NCBI GenBank assembly: GCA_033442325.1
Contig: JAWQFM010000004.1
Coordinates: 490,979 to 554,978, forward strand
Length of the DNA: 64,000 nucleotides
Direction: 5' to 3'
DNA from: Salpingoeca rosetta
Lineage: Eukaryota; Protista; Choanoflagellata
Part shown: positions 13,882 to 33,616 of the stretch, piece after piece
Layout: the number at the start of each line of letters is the position of its first letter
How positions within the stretch are numbered: the stretch's first letter is position 1
Notes under the pieces: model-generated
What the model saw: only the letters and a program-made list of their open reading frames with translations
Told to the model about the DNA's origin: nothing
Databases searched by the model: none
Program-made: the position numbers and the translations under genes

Positions 13882-16832
13882 ATGGCGGACGTTGTGGAGG
13901 TGTTTCGGGAGGCGTGCGAGCGCTTTGGCTGGAGCAAGTATGCCAGCATCCAGGCGGCGCTCACCCAGGTCGGTGGTGGGCTATGGGAATCGCAGTTGTG
14001 TGTATGTGTGTATGTGTGTATGTTGTGTGTATGTGTGCGTGTGCGCGCTTTCATTCAGCTTGTCGGCACCCACATCAACCCTGTGTTTACCACACTCACA
14101 CACACGCACACACACTCATTGTTGCACTTGCAGCTGGCCCGGGATACGGCATCAGGCAAACCCACGCATGTGCGGGGAGCCAGCAGTTGTAGCGACAAGG
14201 AAAACGGAGTCACTGGTAATGGTGCGGACGTGGGGCCGAAAGAGGCCCACAACAAACACTTGACTCAGCCGAGAAGGAGAAGCTCGGCAGTTGGCGGAAG
14301 GGACCTGCGATCACGCCTGCGTCGCCGCAGCCACTTTGTGCACGTGCGCCAGGAAGAGCTTGAGCAGCTGAGGATGGAGGACGGCTGGCAGAGCCCAACG
14401 TCTCCAAATGCAGAAAGGGACAGCGACTTTGACATTGACGGCGAAGAAGACGAGGAAGAGGAAGAAGAAGAAGAAGAAGAAGAAGAAGAAGAAGAAGAAG
14501 AAGAAGAGGAGGAGGAGGAGGAGGAGGAGGGGGCCGAAGACGAATTGTATGACGAGGAGGAAGAGGAGGCAGAAGAAGAAGAGGAAGACAGCGGCGAGGA
14601 AGAGGGGCAAGAAGGGGCAAGCAGTGGTGAACATGGAACCGAAAACGAGGATGATGGCAGGCAAGAAGACAGCGATGAAGAAGAGAGCTTCCAGGATGCG
14701 TTGAGCGAGCTTGAGGTCGGCACCAGCCCCATCTGTCCACTGAGGAACACACGGTCACAGCGCAGGGCTCGTGAACAGCAGCACAACGGACAAGACACGG
14801 CACCTGCATCCTCAGCAACCACACAACCATCGACTCGCCCACAGCCGCAGCCACGCTCACACCAAAGGAAACACAGAAAGCTGCAGGCAACATCGACGTG
14901 GCAGGAGGTGCGTGTGCGCCAGCACGCCCGCGGCAGTGGTGTGGGCGACGATCATGGCAACGGTGATGGTGATGAAGATGACGACTTTGGTTGTGGCCAC
15001 GACAGTCAGGCCGAGGAGATTGACAAGTTCGATAGTGATGCGGAGGTGAACACGAGCGGCAACAGCAGTCGGTTGGCGATGGCGGATGCCGAGGACTTGG
15101 CGGAGACGCGCGACACTGATGATGATGAGCTGCACAGCGGCAACGACAACTGCTACCAGGAGGACTCGTTCTTGGAGATGGAGAGTGATGGAGGCGACAG
15201 CGCAGGCGACTCGGATGCTGATTTTGTCGTTTCCAGGGGCCAGCAGGGCCGCAGTGATGGCGATGACAAGGAGTTCACGGATGACGATGACGAGGACGAT
15301 GACGACGAGTATGCAGATGATGATGCGGATGGTGATGAGTGTAGCCATGATGAGAATGATGAAGATGGTGCTGAGTATGAGGAAGAGTATGCACATGGCG
15401 ATGCAGCGATGCGTGATGTTGGTCGGCGCAGCCAGTTCAGCACTTCGCGAGCTGACAGCAGCTTTGACAACGCTGAGGCCGATGATGAATGGACGCCATC
15501 GCCAATGCCAACGCGCACGCACAGACGCACACGAGAACACGCGCATTCCCGTGGATCATACGCACCACCGCCTTCATCATCACCGTCACCGTCAACTTCA
15601 CGGATGCGTCGTCGTACCGACAGCTTTCAGGACGAAGCAGACGGTGCTGACGAATTGCAGCTGCACAGCCGCCTGCCACCAAAGATGGTTCTCTCAAGCG
15701 ACGACGATCAAGGCAGCGATGATGACGAAAGCACACGACATGGTCATGTTGTGTCGGCAGCCACCACAACAAAAGACATTGAGGCAAAGGGATTTTCGCC
15801 GCATGTCACGACACCACCCAGCTCTGTTGATGGCAGTCCACTTGTCATTCGGGCGCGCCCCACCGCGACGGCAGTAGCAACAGCAACAGCAACAACAGCA
15901 ACGACAACAGCAACGACAACATCGGCATTCAAGACAGTGCTGATTGTCTCCAGTGACGAGGATGACGAGGCAGATGTTGAGCTTGATGACGATGAGGAGG
16001 ATGAGGAGGAAGATGAGAAGGAGGATGAGAGTAAGGAAGAAAAAGAAGGCGGGTATGTGCATGGGTCAAGCCGCAAGTCAGATGATGATTATGAGGAAGA
16101 GAGTGATGGCAGTGATGGCAGTGACGATAGCGAAGTTGAGGCGTTGGGGACACGTCTGCTCAAGCGGTTTGGGCAACTTGACATCAGCACAATTAAGGAC
16201 GACAGCCACGGTCGTGCGGACAAGAGTTATGGGACCACGGACAGCAACAGCGGCAGCCGCAGCAGTCGAAGCAGTTGTGGCGACTCGCCCGACACCGGGT
16301 TTCAGTTTCACACGCCCGAGCGCAAGATCCCGTCATGGGTTGACCTGACACCGCGCCGGCGCGACGGCAGTGGCAAGCGCCTCACCGACACGCCCTTGAC
16401 GCCGCGCAACAAGCAGCGCAGCACGTGCAAGACCGCACGCAAGGGGCGGGTGCGGTTCTCACAGCGACGCGAGGAGCGTGCGCGAGAGCTGTATGCCCTG
16501 TACAATCAAAAGGGCTTTCGCAACGCGCTTCCCCACGACTTGCGGATTGAGTGGAAGAAGACGCTCAACACCACCGCTGGTCGCGCCATTCTTCAGCGCA
16601 GGGCAGGGCTCCATTTCGCCTTTATCGAGCTCTCCACGAAGGCAAGTGTCTTGTTTTGGCGTGCGTGTGTGGGTGTTTTTGTGTATGTGTGTTTGTGTAT
16701 GTGTATGTGTGCGTGTGCTTGTGTGTGTATATGTGTGCGTGTGTGCGTGTGCGAGTATGTGTTTGTGTGCGCGTTTGTGTGTGTGTGTGTGTGTGTGTGT
16801 GGGTGCGTGTGCGTGTGTGTATGTGTGTGCGC

Positions 16833-16868
<36 letters not shown>

Positions 16869-17745
16869 AAGCATCCGTGGCTAAATATCAGTTGCGCCCT
16901 GGTTGTTTGTTTGTTTGTAATCGTCATCGTTACTGCCTTGTTCTTGTCGACTACCTTGCTTGTGACATTTCCATGTCTTACCATTGCTTTTGTCCTTTGT
17001 TGGCATGTGCCAGGTGATTGATGACGACGAGCGATTGCAAAACACGCTGGCGCACGAGATGTGCCACGTGGCTGCGTGGTTGTTGAAGGGCGTGTGCAAG
17101 CCTCCGCATGGCGCGGCCTTCAAGGCATATGCGGCGCAGGTGATGCAGGCGTTTCCTTCGCTCAACATCACGACGTGCCACTCGTACGACATCCAGTTCA
17201 AGTACCAGTACCAGTGCACGACGGCATGGTGTGGGCATGTGTATGGCCGGCACTCCAAGTCCATCAACGTGGAGCGCCAGCGGTGCGGGCGGTGTATGGG
17301 CACGCTGCAGCTCCTGCCCCAGCTCAAGGCAGACGGCACGCCACGCAAGAAGCGCGCCCCAAACAAGTTCGCTCTCTTCGTCAAGGTGTGTACATGTGTG
17401 CGTGTGTGTGTGTGTTGTGTGTGTGTGTGTATGTGTGTGTGTGTGTGTGTGCTGCGTGTGTGTGTGTGTGTGTGTGTGCTGCGTGTGCTGCGTATGTGGT
17501 ATCGTTGAACTGTTGTGCTGCTATGGATGACTTTGGCGGTGCAACGTGATGAGCAATGTGATGGGTGGTGACTCATCCTCACGTGTCCGCTGCTGCAACG
17601 TGCATTCACACACACGCACACACACAAACACACACAATTGCAGGAGAACATGAAGGCGTTCAAGCAGAGGCATCCTGGCGTGCCACATGGAAATCTCATG
17701 AAGTTGTTGGGCGAGGCCTATCGAAGTCAACAGGGCAGCAGCTGA
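13882..17745 (+). CDS. GCNA: GCNA/ACRC: long acidic disordered region + SprT protease + Zn finger + HMG-box-like tail
   Basis: Exons ~13882-13968, 14134-16641, 17014-17385, 17644-17745. Long D/E/S-rich region with SIM-like motifs ([10 protein letters not shown]), then LNTTAGRA...IELSTK|[22 protein letters not shown] (HExxH), [15 protein letters not shown], Cxxxx[22 protein letters not shown]. Confidence 0.92.
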
Positions 17746-17929
17746 CGCAAGCACACGATGTGACACATCCGTGAGAGAGAGTGACCAGATAGAGCGTGTG
17801 TGGGGGGGGGGGAAGAGAGAGCGTGTGAGTGAGTGAGTGTGTGGGAGGAAATGGATGTGAGACAAAACCACAGGCACACAGACACAGACTCACAGACTCA
17901 CACACACACACACACACACACACTCACAG

Positions 17930-17963
<34 letters not shown>

Positions 17964-17970
17964 ACTCACA

Positions 17971-18007
<37 letters not shown>

Positions 18008-18273
18008 ACACACACACACAGACACACACACACACCACAAATAAGTTGAAAGTGCCCAGTTGAAATCCCTTCGTTGGATATCGTTTTTTTTTGCCGCAGA
18101 AAAATAGAAAGAAACATCACGATTTATTGCGACTTGTGTCACCGCCCACTGCCGCTTTCCTCTGCACTTTGCTTGCTTGTTTGTTGCTTTGTGGCCTTGC
18201 TCCATATCCGCCCGTGTGTCATCCACCCCTTTTCCAACCTGCCATCAGTTAGCACGTCGAGCAAACAGCAACC

Positions 18274-18320
18274 ATGGGAAACGTTCACGTCGTCGGCCCA
18301 GACCAAGTCATGGTCGTGTC

Positions 18321-18359
<39 letters not shown>

Positions 18360-19928
18360 GTGCAGCGAAGGGAGGTTGAATCGTCGGTGGTAGTGGTGCA
18401 GTGCACTGATGTCATGCTGAAAAGAGTGTTGTGGTGGCGTTTGCGCAAGTGTTTTATGTGATGTGATTCACCATCTCATTGTGTGCTCTTTGGTCTTCGC
18501 CTGTTGCTTGGCTTCGCTTGTCTGATTAGGTGGCTGCTGCAATGCCACGAACAAGAAGACCATCATCGGTGGCTGTGCTTGGGCATGGTGGTTTTGCACG
18601 GACGTGCAATCGTGAGTTTATTGGGTTGGTGACAATTGCGTTTGGTTCGTGGTGTTGTATTCGTGCAAAAGTGTGTGTGTCCGTGCGTGGTGTGTGTGTG
18701 TGTGTGTGATGCCAGAACTTGACTTCCCTCCCTCACTTGATGCCATAGCATGTCTGCGCTCTTTGCCGTTGTCTCGCACGCCTTTCGTCGTGTTCACTTC
18801 CACCCTGTTTCATGCGTTCTCGTGTTGCATCTTGCAGGCTCTCACTGAACGTGATGACGCTGCTGCCGCGCTGTGAGGACGTGGAGACGCTGCACGGTGT
18901 GGCTGTCACTGTAACAGCAGTAGCGCAAGTGATGGTAATGGCGGAGAATTCGCTATCCGGGAATGAAGGCGGGGAAGATCGAGACACCTTCCTGCGCAAA
19001 GCCCTCGAGCAGTTCCTTGGCAAGTCGCCCTCGGAGATCCGCGATACCATCCTGCAGGTGTGCACCTTGAATGTTGTGTGTGTGTGTGTGTGTGTGCGTG
19101 TCATGTGTGGATTTGACTGTACATTTGTTTGATTCGTGTTGGTGTTTGTTGTGCTTGTGTCTACATTCACGTGTGTGTGTGTGTGTGCGTGTGGTTCACG
19201 TGCGGGTTGTTCATCCATGCAAACTGATGAGTGACTGTGCGAGTGGCAATGCTAATCGTGTCCCTCCCTTTCCACAACCACCACCGACAACGTGCCATCC
19301 ACCAGACCCTCGAGGGTCACCTTCGCGCCATCCTGGGTACGCTTACCGTCGAGGACATCTACAAGGACCGCGAGAAGTTTGCAAACCTCGTGCGCGAAAC
19401 CGCCAAGCCCGACCTGGCAAAGATGGGTGCGACTCTGTGTGTATGTTTGTGTGCATGTGTGTGTTTGTGTGTGTGTGTGTGTGATCGTGTGTGTGATCGT
19501 GTGTTTGTGTGTGTGTGTGTGATCGTGTGTGTGTGTGTGTGATCGTGTGTGTGATCGTGTGTTTGTGTGTGTGATCGTGTGTTTGTGTGTGTGATCGTGT
19601 GTTTGTGTGTGTGATCGTGTGTTTGTGTGTGTGATCGTGTGTTTGTGTGTGTGATCGTGTATGTGATCGTGTGTGTGTATGTGTACGTGTATGACACTCT
19701 TTCCTTGAAACAAGTGCTTGCTCTGTGTTTTCACACATCTCTCACCCCGCCTAACCCACTTCCTCCCCTTGATCTTATGCAGGGCTTGACATCCTGAGCT
19801 TCACGATCAAGGACGTGTACGACAGCCTCGAGTATCTCGACTCGCTCGGCAAGACGCAGACGGCCAACGTCATGCGTGATGCCGACATTGGCGAGGCTGA
19901 GGCCCAGCGTGACTCCGGCATTGCCGTG

Positions 19929-19988
<60 letters not shown>

Positions 19989-20361
19989 TGCGCGAATATG
20001 TGCTTGCTTGCCTGTTTGCTTGCCTGTTTTCTTGCATGTGTGTGTGTGTGCTGCGTTGCAGCGAGCACGCTTGCTGTATGACATCTTGCCGCCTCTGCCA
20101 AACATCACCTCATTGCCACAAATACCCCTCTCCTTCCCTCCCTCGCCCCAATACCCTTTCTTTCCCCCTCTCCGACGAGTGCAGGAAGCAGAGGCAGAGC
20201 GCGCGCACCAGGAGAAGGCCAACTCTGCCAAGACGGCCATTGCAAACGCCCGCCGCGCCTACGAGACAGCAAAGGTGCAGTTGACCGTTCTTGTGCAGTT
20301 GTGTGTGTGTATTTGCGATTGCCACGTGTCGCTGGTTCGCTGCATCGTGCTCTTTCTGTGA

Positions 20362-20399
<38 letters not shown>

Positions 20400-20938
20400 T
20401 CACACATACACAATCACACGCACACACGCACACACACACGATCACAACGCCACACGATCTCATTTTTCGCGTGACGGCAGGCCGTGTACGACGAGGAGGT
20501 GAACAAGGCGCGCGCAGAGGCGGACCTTGCATACACACTGCAGGCCGCCAAGTGCCAGCAGGACATTCGCGCCGAACAGGTCGAGATTGAGGTCGTCGAA
20601 CGCCGCCGCCAGATTGAGGTGCGCCCTCTTGCACGTGTGATGCGCTGAAGACGATGAAGGAGTTCGGGGGGGGGGTGTTGCTTGGTTTTGTTTTGTTTTG
20701 CCATGCGTGTGTGCATGCGCGTGCTCGTTTCAGTCGTCGTTGCGGTGTACATTCTTTCACCATCATCTTTCACCATCCCTTTATTCAACTCTTCCATCCA
20801 TTGCGTCACGCCCTCCCCGTCGCAGGTGGAGCAACAAGAGGTGCTGCGTACTGAGAAGGAGCTTGTGGCCAAAGTCAACCGCCCCGCAGAGGCCGAGCGC
20901 TTCAAGGTCCGCTCACACCACATCTTATCACACATCAT

Positions 20939-20974
<36 letters not shown>

Positions 20975-21990
20975 GCGACACATACGCCACTGCTGTTCTT
21001 CTTCCTTGTGGTTGCTCCCACCTCCCCACCGCCCCTCACTGTCATTACCGCCACCACCACGCTGCCACAGGTTGAGACGCTTGCCGAGGCAGCGCGCACC
21101 AAGCAGGTGTACGAGGCACAGGGTGAAGCCGAAGGCATCAAGGTGCGTGCACTTGCCTCTTGTTGCCCATTGCTGTGGCTCCTGGTGTCGTGTGCCAGTT
21201 GTCACGTGTTGCTGCATAGGTTGCACGATCACACAACTGGTTGTGCTGGTGTGTCATGTAGCGTAACCCCTCGCAACAACTTGTCCCCACACGTCTTCCC
21301 TTCATCCTGCTTTTCTCACCACACCTTCCCACCTCGCTCGAACCCCCCCACCCAAAAAAAAAAATTCCCAACATCAGGCGGTTGGTGCTGCGGATGCGTT
21401 CTCGATCAAGGCTGTTGGTGAAGCACGCGCCTCTGCCATGGCCGCCCGCGCCGAGGCCTTCTCCAAGTACGACAAGCAGGCCAAGGCCAGCCTCGTGCTC
21501 GACGCCCTGCCAAAGGTCCGCCGCAACACGCCGTCGTGCCGTGCGCGGTGTTGGTTTCATAACGCTGCTGTTGTTGTGTCAGGCCTGTCCATTACACAGA
21601 TGTACACACACACATGCTGTGGTGCTCTTGCTGTTGCTTTGTCTCACGTTTGTCCTCTTTCGCCCTTTCGGCATTCATTCAACAACCGCCGTCCTAAACG
21701 TCTTACGTTAACCCTCACTCACCCCACCTCACCTCACCCCACCTCACAACCCCCCCCCCCCACACACACACTTGCCCCCCCACACACACACACACACACT
21801 TGCCCCCACACACACTTCCCTGCCCGTCAGCTCGCTGCTGAGGTTGCTGCGCCGCTCGGCAAGACCAAGGAGATTGTTGTGCTGAGCGGGGACTCTGAGG
21901 GCGTTGCTGGGCAGGTCTCCAAGCTCGTCAGCCAGCTGCCCCCCGCCGTCCAGGCCCTCACCGGTGTCGACCTCAAGGACGTGAGTTGTT

Positions 21991-22065
<75 letters not shown>

Positions 22066-22317
22066 GTGTATGTGACTGTGTGTGTGTGTGACTGTGTGTG
22101 TGTCTCTCTCTCTCTCTTTCTGTGACTGTGTGTATGTGTGACTGTGAGTGCGATAGGGAGATAGAGAAAGTGTGTGCTGTGCTTTCTTCTGCTCTCATCT
22201 ATATCTTGTATGATGTCTGTATTGTGCTCTTGTTGCCTTGCTGTACTCACCGCAATTCCTCACCTCCCACATATCCTCCACCAGACCATGCGCAACATGG
22301 CCAGCTCAAGCGTCTGA
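18274..22317 (+). CDS. FLOT2: Flotillin-2-like SPFH-domain protein (multi-exon)
   Basis: [20 protein letters not shown]...GGCAWAWW...[17 protein letters not shown]...EQFLGK...[27 protein letters not shown]...[11 protein letters not shown]...[16 protein letters not shown]...[13 protein letters not shown]; the N-terminus matches the FLOT2 pattern (Gly2, CC). Confidence 0.95.
19475..19675. repeat. ~20-bp minisatellite (GTTTGTGTGTGTGATCGTGT)n in a flotillin intron
   Basis: About 9-10 near-identical units visible, derived from (GT)n with GATC and TTT interruptions. Confidence 0.9.
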
Positions 22318-22618
22318 TGCTGATGATGCGATGGTGCGCAATCACCTCTGTCCCACCACATCACATCACTGCACGCTTGCTTTGCTTGCTAGTTTGCTTC
22401 CTTGCTTGTTCACAACCCTGTTCACATCATGTCACAGTGTCACACACAAGCCCACACACAAGCCCGCACACAACAACACGCGGCACTGCTTCTTCTCTTT
22501 CCTTTTTCTGTTCGCGCATGTAGATTTCCATGTATGATTTCAGTAAATCTTCCGTAACGCTCAAACGAGTGGAAGAAGAAGGCAACAAACCACAACAGCG
22601 AGTTGTTTGAGGTGCACC

Positions 22619-28441
<5,823 letters not shown>

Positions 28442-28736
28442 CGCGACGTAATTGAGACAGCTGTTGTGGCAACGTGCTGTTGTGTTGCAGCACTGCCCCA
28501 TGTATCTCACGTTGTGGACCGCTGGCCGGTCGCTCGTTGGTGCTGTTGCTTGTGGATATGGGAAGCGATAAGGAAACGCAAGTGGCGTGGTAGCTAGCTA
28601 GCAAAGGGAGAGAAGAGGGAGACGGAGTAAACGCAGCAATCAAGCAAGCAAGCAAGCGAGCATTGCAACACGAAGCAGGGTTTGCCATTCTCCCTCCATC
28701 CCCATTCATCCATCACCACCACCAACATCCGTGGAG

Positions 28737-29512
28737 ATGCAGAGTGTGTTTGTGACTGTCGGCTCAACGCAGTTTGATGAGCTGACACAGCTTGTGACCA
28801 CAGAAGCAACCCTGCAGGTGAGCGTGCCGTGACCATGCCATGTGTGCGTGCGCATGTGCGTCGACGACACAATGCCTGTGCGCTCCTGTCCCAACACCCA
28901 AGCAATTGCCCCAGCCACCCCTTGCCTCAACTCACACTGCGATCTGCTCCCGTTCCTTGCTGGCACCACGCGGTGCAGGCGTTAGCGAGGCTTGGGTGCC
29001 GGCGGCTGACGGTGCAGTATGGGACAGCAAAGGCGCCGCGCGTGCCGCCTGTAGCGAAGAGGGCTGGGGTGGAGGTGGAGACGTACGACTACAAGGCGAG
29101 CATTGCCAATGACTTGGCAGCCGCAGACGTGGTCATAGGCCACGCCGGCGCAGGCACCATCCTCGAGGCGCTGGGTGCTGGCAAGAAGATGGTCGTCGTG
29201 GTCAACGACAGGCTAATGAGCAACCACCAGACTGAGCTTGCCTTCAAGATGAAGGCGTTGAACCACCTGGACGCGTGTACGTGCGACACCTTGCTCCACA
29301 CCCTCGCGGGCTTGCCCGCGCGATCGTTTGCACGGTATCACGGCGGCGAGGACGACCGCGCCGTCCTCAACCACATCGCGGGCGTACTGGAGGCTCGCAG
29401 GGCCGATGCGCTTCGCTCTGCACAGGGCCGCGGCAGACCAAGCATAGCACTCTTCCTGGTTGCCGCTGTCTTGGCGTTTGCCCTCGCACACACCCTCTTC
29501 TTCCTCACCTGA
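28737..29512 (+). CDS. ALG13: ALG13 UDP-GlcNAc transferase catalytic subunit with C-terminal hydrophobic tail
   Basis: Exons 28737-28817 (MQSVFVTVGSTQFDEL) and 28979-29512 (LTVQYG...ADVVIGHAGAGTILEAL...VVVNDRLMSNHQTELA), GT28-C motifs. Confidence 0.95.
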
Positions 29513-29533
29513 CTCGCTCGGTGTGCCAGTGCT

Positions 29534-29635
<102 letters not shown>

Positions 29636-29803
29636 GTGTACTTCCCCTCTCCCCCACCCTCTCCCGCGCTCTGTTGGGCCTGTGCTCGCTTGCATCCCTC
29701 TCTTTTTCACATAAGCAAGCAATAGACGAACTCAATCAAGCACAGCATTGCAACAAACCATTCCCCCATCTTGGACCGTTACAGCAAACCACTAACACCA
29801 CTG

Positions 29804-30339
29804 ATGCTGGAGCAGCTGGACCTGCGTATCCATCCGGAGACGGCACGCACGCCGAGCCATGGCTGGGATGACGGGGAGTACAGCGTAACCGTGGATGCTT
29901 ATCCGCAGATGCAGGCACCACAGCACTCTGGTGGCCGCGAAGAAGAAACAGGAGGAGGAGGAGGAGGAAGCGGTGTGACAAGGGGAGTCAAGCGCACACA
30001 ACAGCCGCAGCCGGGCAGGCCAGTGTCGCCATCGCCACCGCCGCCAGCGCGCAGTGAACGCGTGGTGGTGATGTTGGACGAAGGCGGGGAGCAAGCAGGG
30101 CTCGTGGCAGGCCCAAGTAGCCACCCCCGCCACCAGCAGCACCAGGATAAGTATCACCACTACCCTGACGCTGCTGCTGGTGGTGGTGGTGGTGTGCGTG
30201 GCCCATCTCGACGGCGAACACAACCGCCGCAACGACGACGCCCTGCCCGCGCATCCATGCGACGGTCCAAGCCACCACCGAAGCACACCAACCCTCCATG
30301 GAACGACCGCTTCTTTGCCAAGGATGATGAAGCAGGTAC

Positions 30340-30429
<90 letters not shown>

Positions 30430-32089
30430 GTGTGTGTGTGTTTGTGTGCGTGCGTGGATAACGGCTCCCCGTGTCCTCTCTCTGTGTCCCTTCTTCCCGT
30501 GCCTCTGCCCCCCCCCCACCCAACCACCTCAATCTCTGCATCTGTTTCCGTGTCTATCCCACTCTTCTCCTCCCCGACTGCCCCAGCCGTCGTCTTCTCC
30601 CCGCGTTCCTCTGGTTGCCACTTGCTCACACCCAGCATCGTATGCGCTCCAGACGAACAACCGAGTGCCGTGGCCCGGTTCCAGGAGAAGCTTGCCCTGC
30701 AGCTGCAGTCGCCAACACACCCACAACAGCAGCAACAGCGTCGAAAGGCGACGGGCGCCGGTTCCAAGAAGGGTAAGGTGAAGAAGAACACAAGACAGCA
30801 GCAGAAGAAGAACACCGCGAAGAAGCAACCGCGAACGCAGGGGGTCAGGGCAAAACCAACGCACATGATCCCACGCCAGCCGTCACACCGCCCACCAACT
30901 GGTGCAACTCCTGCCGTGCCAACAGCAACAACACCGACACCAACAACGCGAACGACGGCGGCACCCACGGGTCACCATCCAGCACGCCCTGTTGCAAAGG
31001 GAAGCAAGGGCGCTGCTGCTCCACTCACGGCGTCGCAACGGCTACGACTGCGCGTGCGACAGGAACGGGCGATCCAACACCACCACGCCAGACAGCAAGG
31101 CCATCACCTCCAGCACCACCACCACCAGCAGCACCACCACCAGCAGCAGCAGCAGCATCAGCAACCGAGACAACAGGCAGACCGCAGCCGTACCAGACCT
31201 CAGGTCCCACGTCACCGACCGTGGCATGTTCACCGACAGCACGGCGGTGCGATCGAGGGTGTCAACCACCGTGTCGATGACGATGATGTCGATGGTGATG
31301 GCAATGATGGCGCAGTGTTGGCGGCAGCAACGGAGCGTGGCCTTGCACTGCTGAACAGAGCACATCGCAGCCGTCCTCACCATCAGCATCAGCGACAGGA
31401 GCGAGGGCATCATGGCCACGTGCCATTATCGCTGCGCACGGCGGCCACCGGGTATGCGCGCGTCAGTGGTGATGATGGCTATGATGGAGGCTACGCAGGC
31501 GGTGGTGGTGATGACGATGGCGTGATGAGCACGGGAATGCGCACACGAACGGTGACACCCACAGCGTCCATCAGAGGAGACACGAGAGGAGTCACAAGGA
31601 CAACAGGCGGAACGCCCGCACGAACATCAACTCAGCACAGCAACACTCGCGCACACAGACCGTACCAGCCACCACATCACCAACAACAGCCCCCGTCACA
31701 GCCGCAACGACAGCAGCGAAAGCGGCAGCAGCAGATGCAGCAACGACAGCAGCAACAGCAGCAACAGCAGATGTTTGCGGCTGAAGGGCTTGGGTATGGT
31801 GTGACGGAGGAGGAGGAGGGGAGTGACCGTGCGGACAGGCAGACAATGACGTGTGGGGTGCAGGTTGACATGGACACCATGGCAGATGCCCCTGCGCGCA
31901 CAGTTGAAGGCGACCGCGCATGTGCACAGGATTCACTGCGGCGCATGGACGGTGGCGGACAACCCGTCCGGTCGAGTGCGCTGGAGGCGTTTTTGGAGGA
32001 GTCGATTCGATTCATTTCACACGCGCTGGCAGACGACGCCGATGCTGCTGCGGTGGAGGACGTGTATGCGGCTGGCACGCACCACTATC

Positions 32090-32177
<88 letters not shown>

Positions 32178-33439
32178 GCAGCAGCAGCAGCAGCCATCAT
32201 TGCTGCCGCAACAAGTTGGCCGGACAGCAACAGCAGGAACAACTAAAGCGACAGCAACAGGAGAGAGCCGGACGCCACACACCGTTCAGCGAATGAGCGA
32301 GCGGGATCTGAATGCGCTGGTGGACAGGCTGCTCGGCGTCTCCGTGCGCAGCGACGACGAGGAGGACAACGAAGGCGATGACGACGATGACGACGAGGAG
32401 GAAGATGCTCATCTTGATGGCCGCGGTACTGGTGGTCGCGATCGCTGGCAATTCCGCCACCGCCACGATGGAGGTGATGGAGGTGATGGAGGTGATGGTA
32501 GTCGGTTTGGTCGCACTGGTACTGGTATCGCTGGCAATGGTGTGGCTGCAGTTTCCACGAGACACACGAGAACACACGCGCCACCACTTCACATCTCGGG
32601 CAACCAGGATTCCATCCACATGCACCACCCTCTCCATCACCATCACCGCAGCATCAGCGAACGGCAGCACCACTCGCCTTCAAGCGTCCCCAGCGGCGGT
32701 GGCAGCGACGTGAATGTGTCGCGTCACATCATCTCGTATGACGGTCGTCCACACGATGCCAGGGAGAACCAACGCGCAGCAAGCAGCAGCGGCGATGCCA
32801 GTAACTGCGCCCACCATCCCCTTGATCATCATCATCACCATCATCGTCATCATCATCGTCGTTATGGCGGAGAGCGGGCGCTGGGAATGCGCCCCTTTCC
32901 CTCTCAGGAATGCATTGACCGCCTGTACCGCTACCAGGTGAGTTGTGTTGTGTTGTGTTGTGTTGTGTTGTTTTGTGTTGTGTGCGCATGGGGCAGGATT
33001 TACTGTCATGGATGCGGTGTGCGTTGCGACAATAGTGGCATGCACGCGATGTTTCTGTTTTTAGTTCGCCATACACACACTCACACGCACACACACACAC
33101 ACACACTCCCTCCCTCCACCACCCCCATCAGCGGTCGATGCACGTGCTTGCGCCGGGACCGCCCGCCGCCGCCGTCAACAGCGCCGTTGACGATCTCTTT
33201 GCAGCGGCGCTGGAGTCGGTATTGGGGGAGACGATTGATGCAATTGACAGCAAGGCACTGCGCCTGCTGCAGGACGAGTTGGGGAATGGCGCCGTGTCAT
33301 CGCGGTCGAAGGGTGCACCAGCACCGACAGAGCAGCCACCGCTGCAGCCGAAGTGCTATCCATCGCTGTCCTCGCCATCGTCGTCACTGGGGCTGGGCCA
33401 GGAGAGCAGGGGCCACGCTGCACGGTGGCAGCAACGACG

Positions 33440-33503
<64 letters not shown>

Positions 33504-33517
33504 CGACGACGACGACG

Positions 33518-33616
<99 letters not shown>

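Noticed and set aside
19475-19675. Regular repeat array considered as CRISPR
   Set aside because: No unique spacers, no cas genes, lies in a eukaryotic intron.
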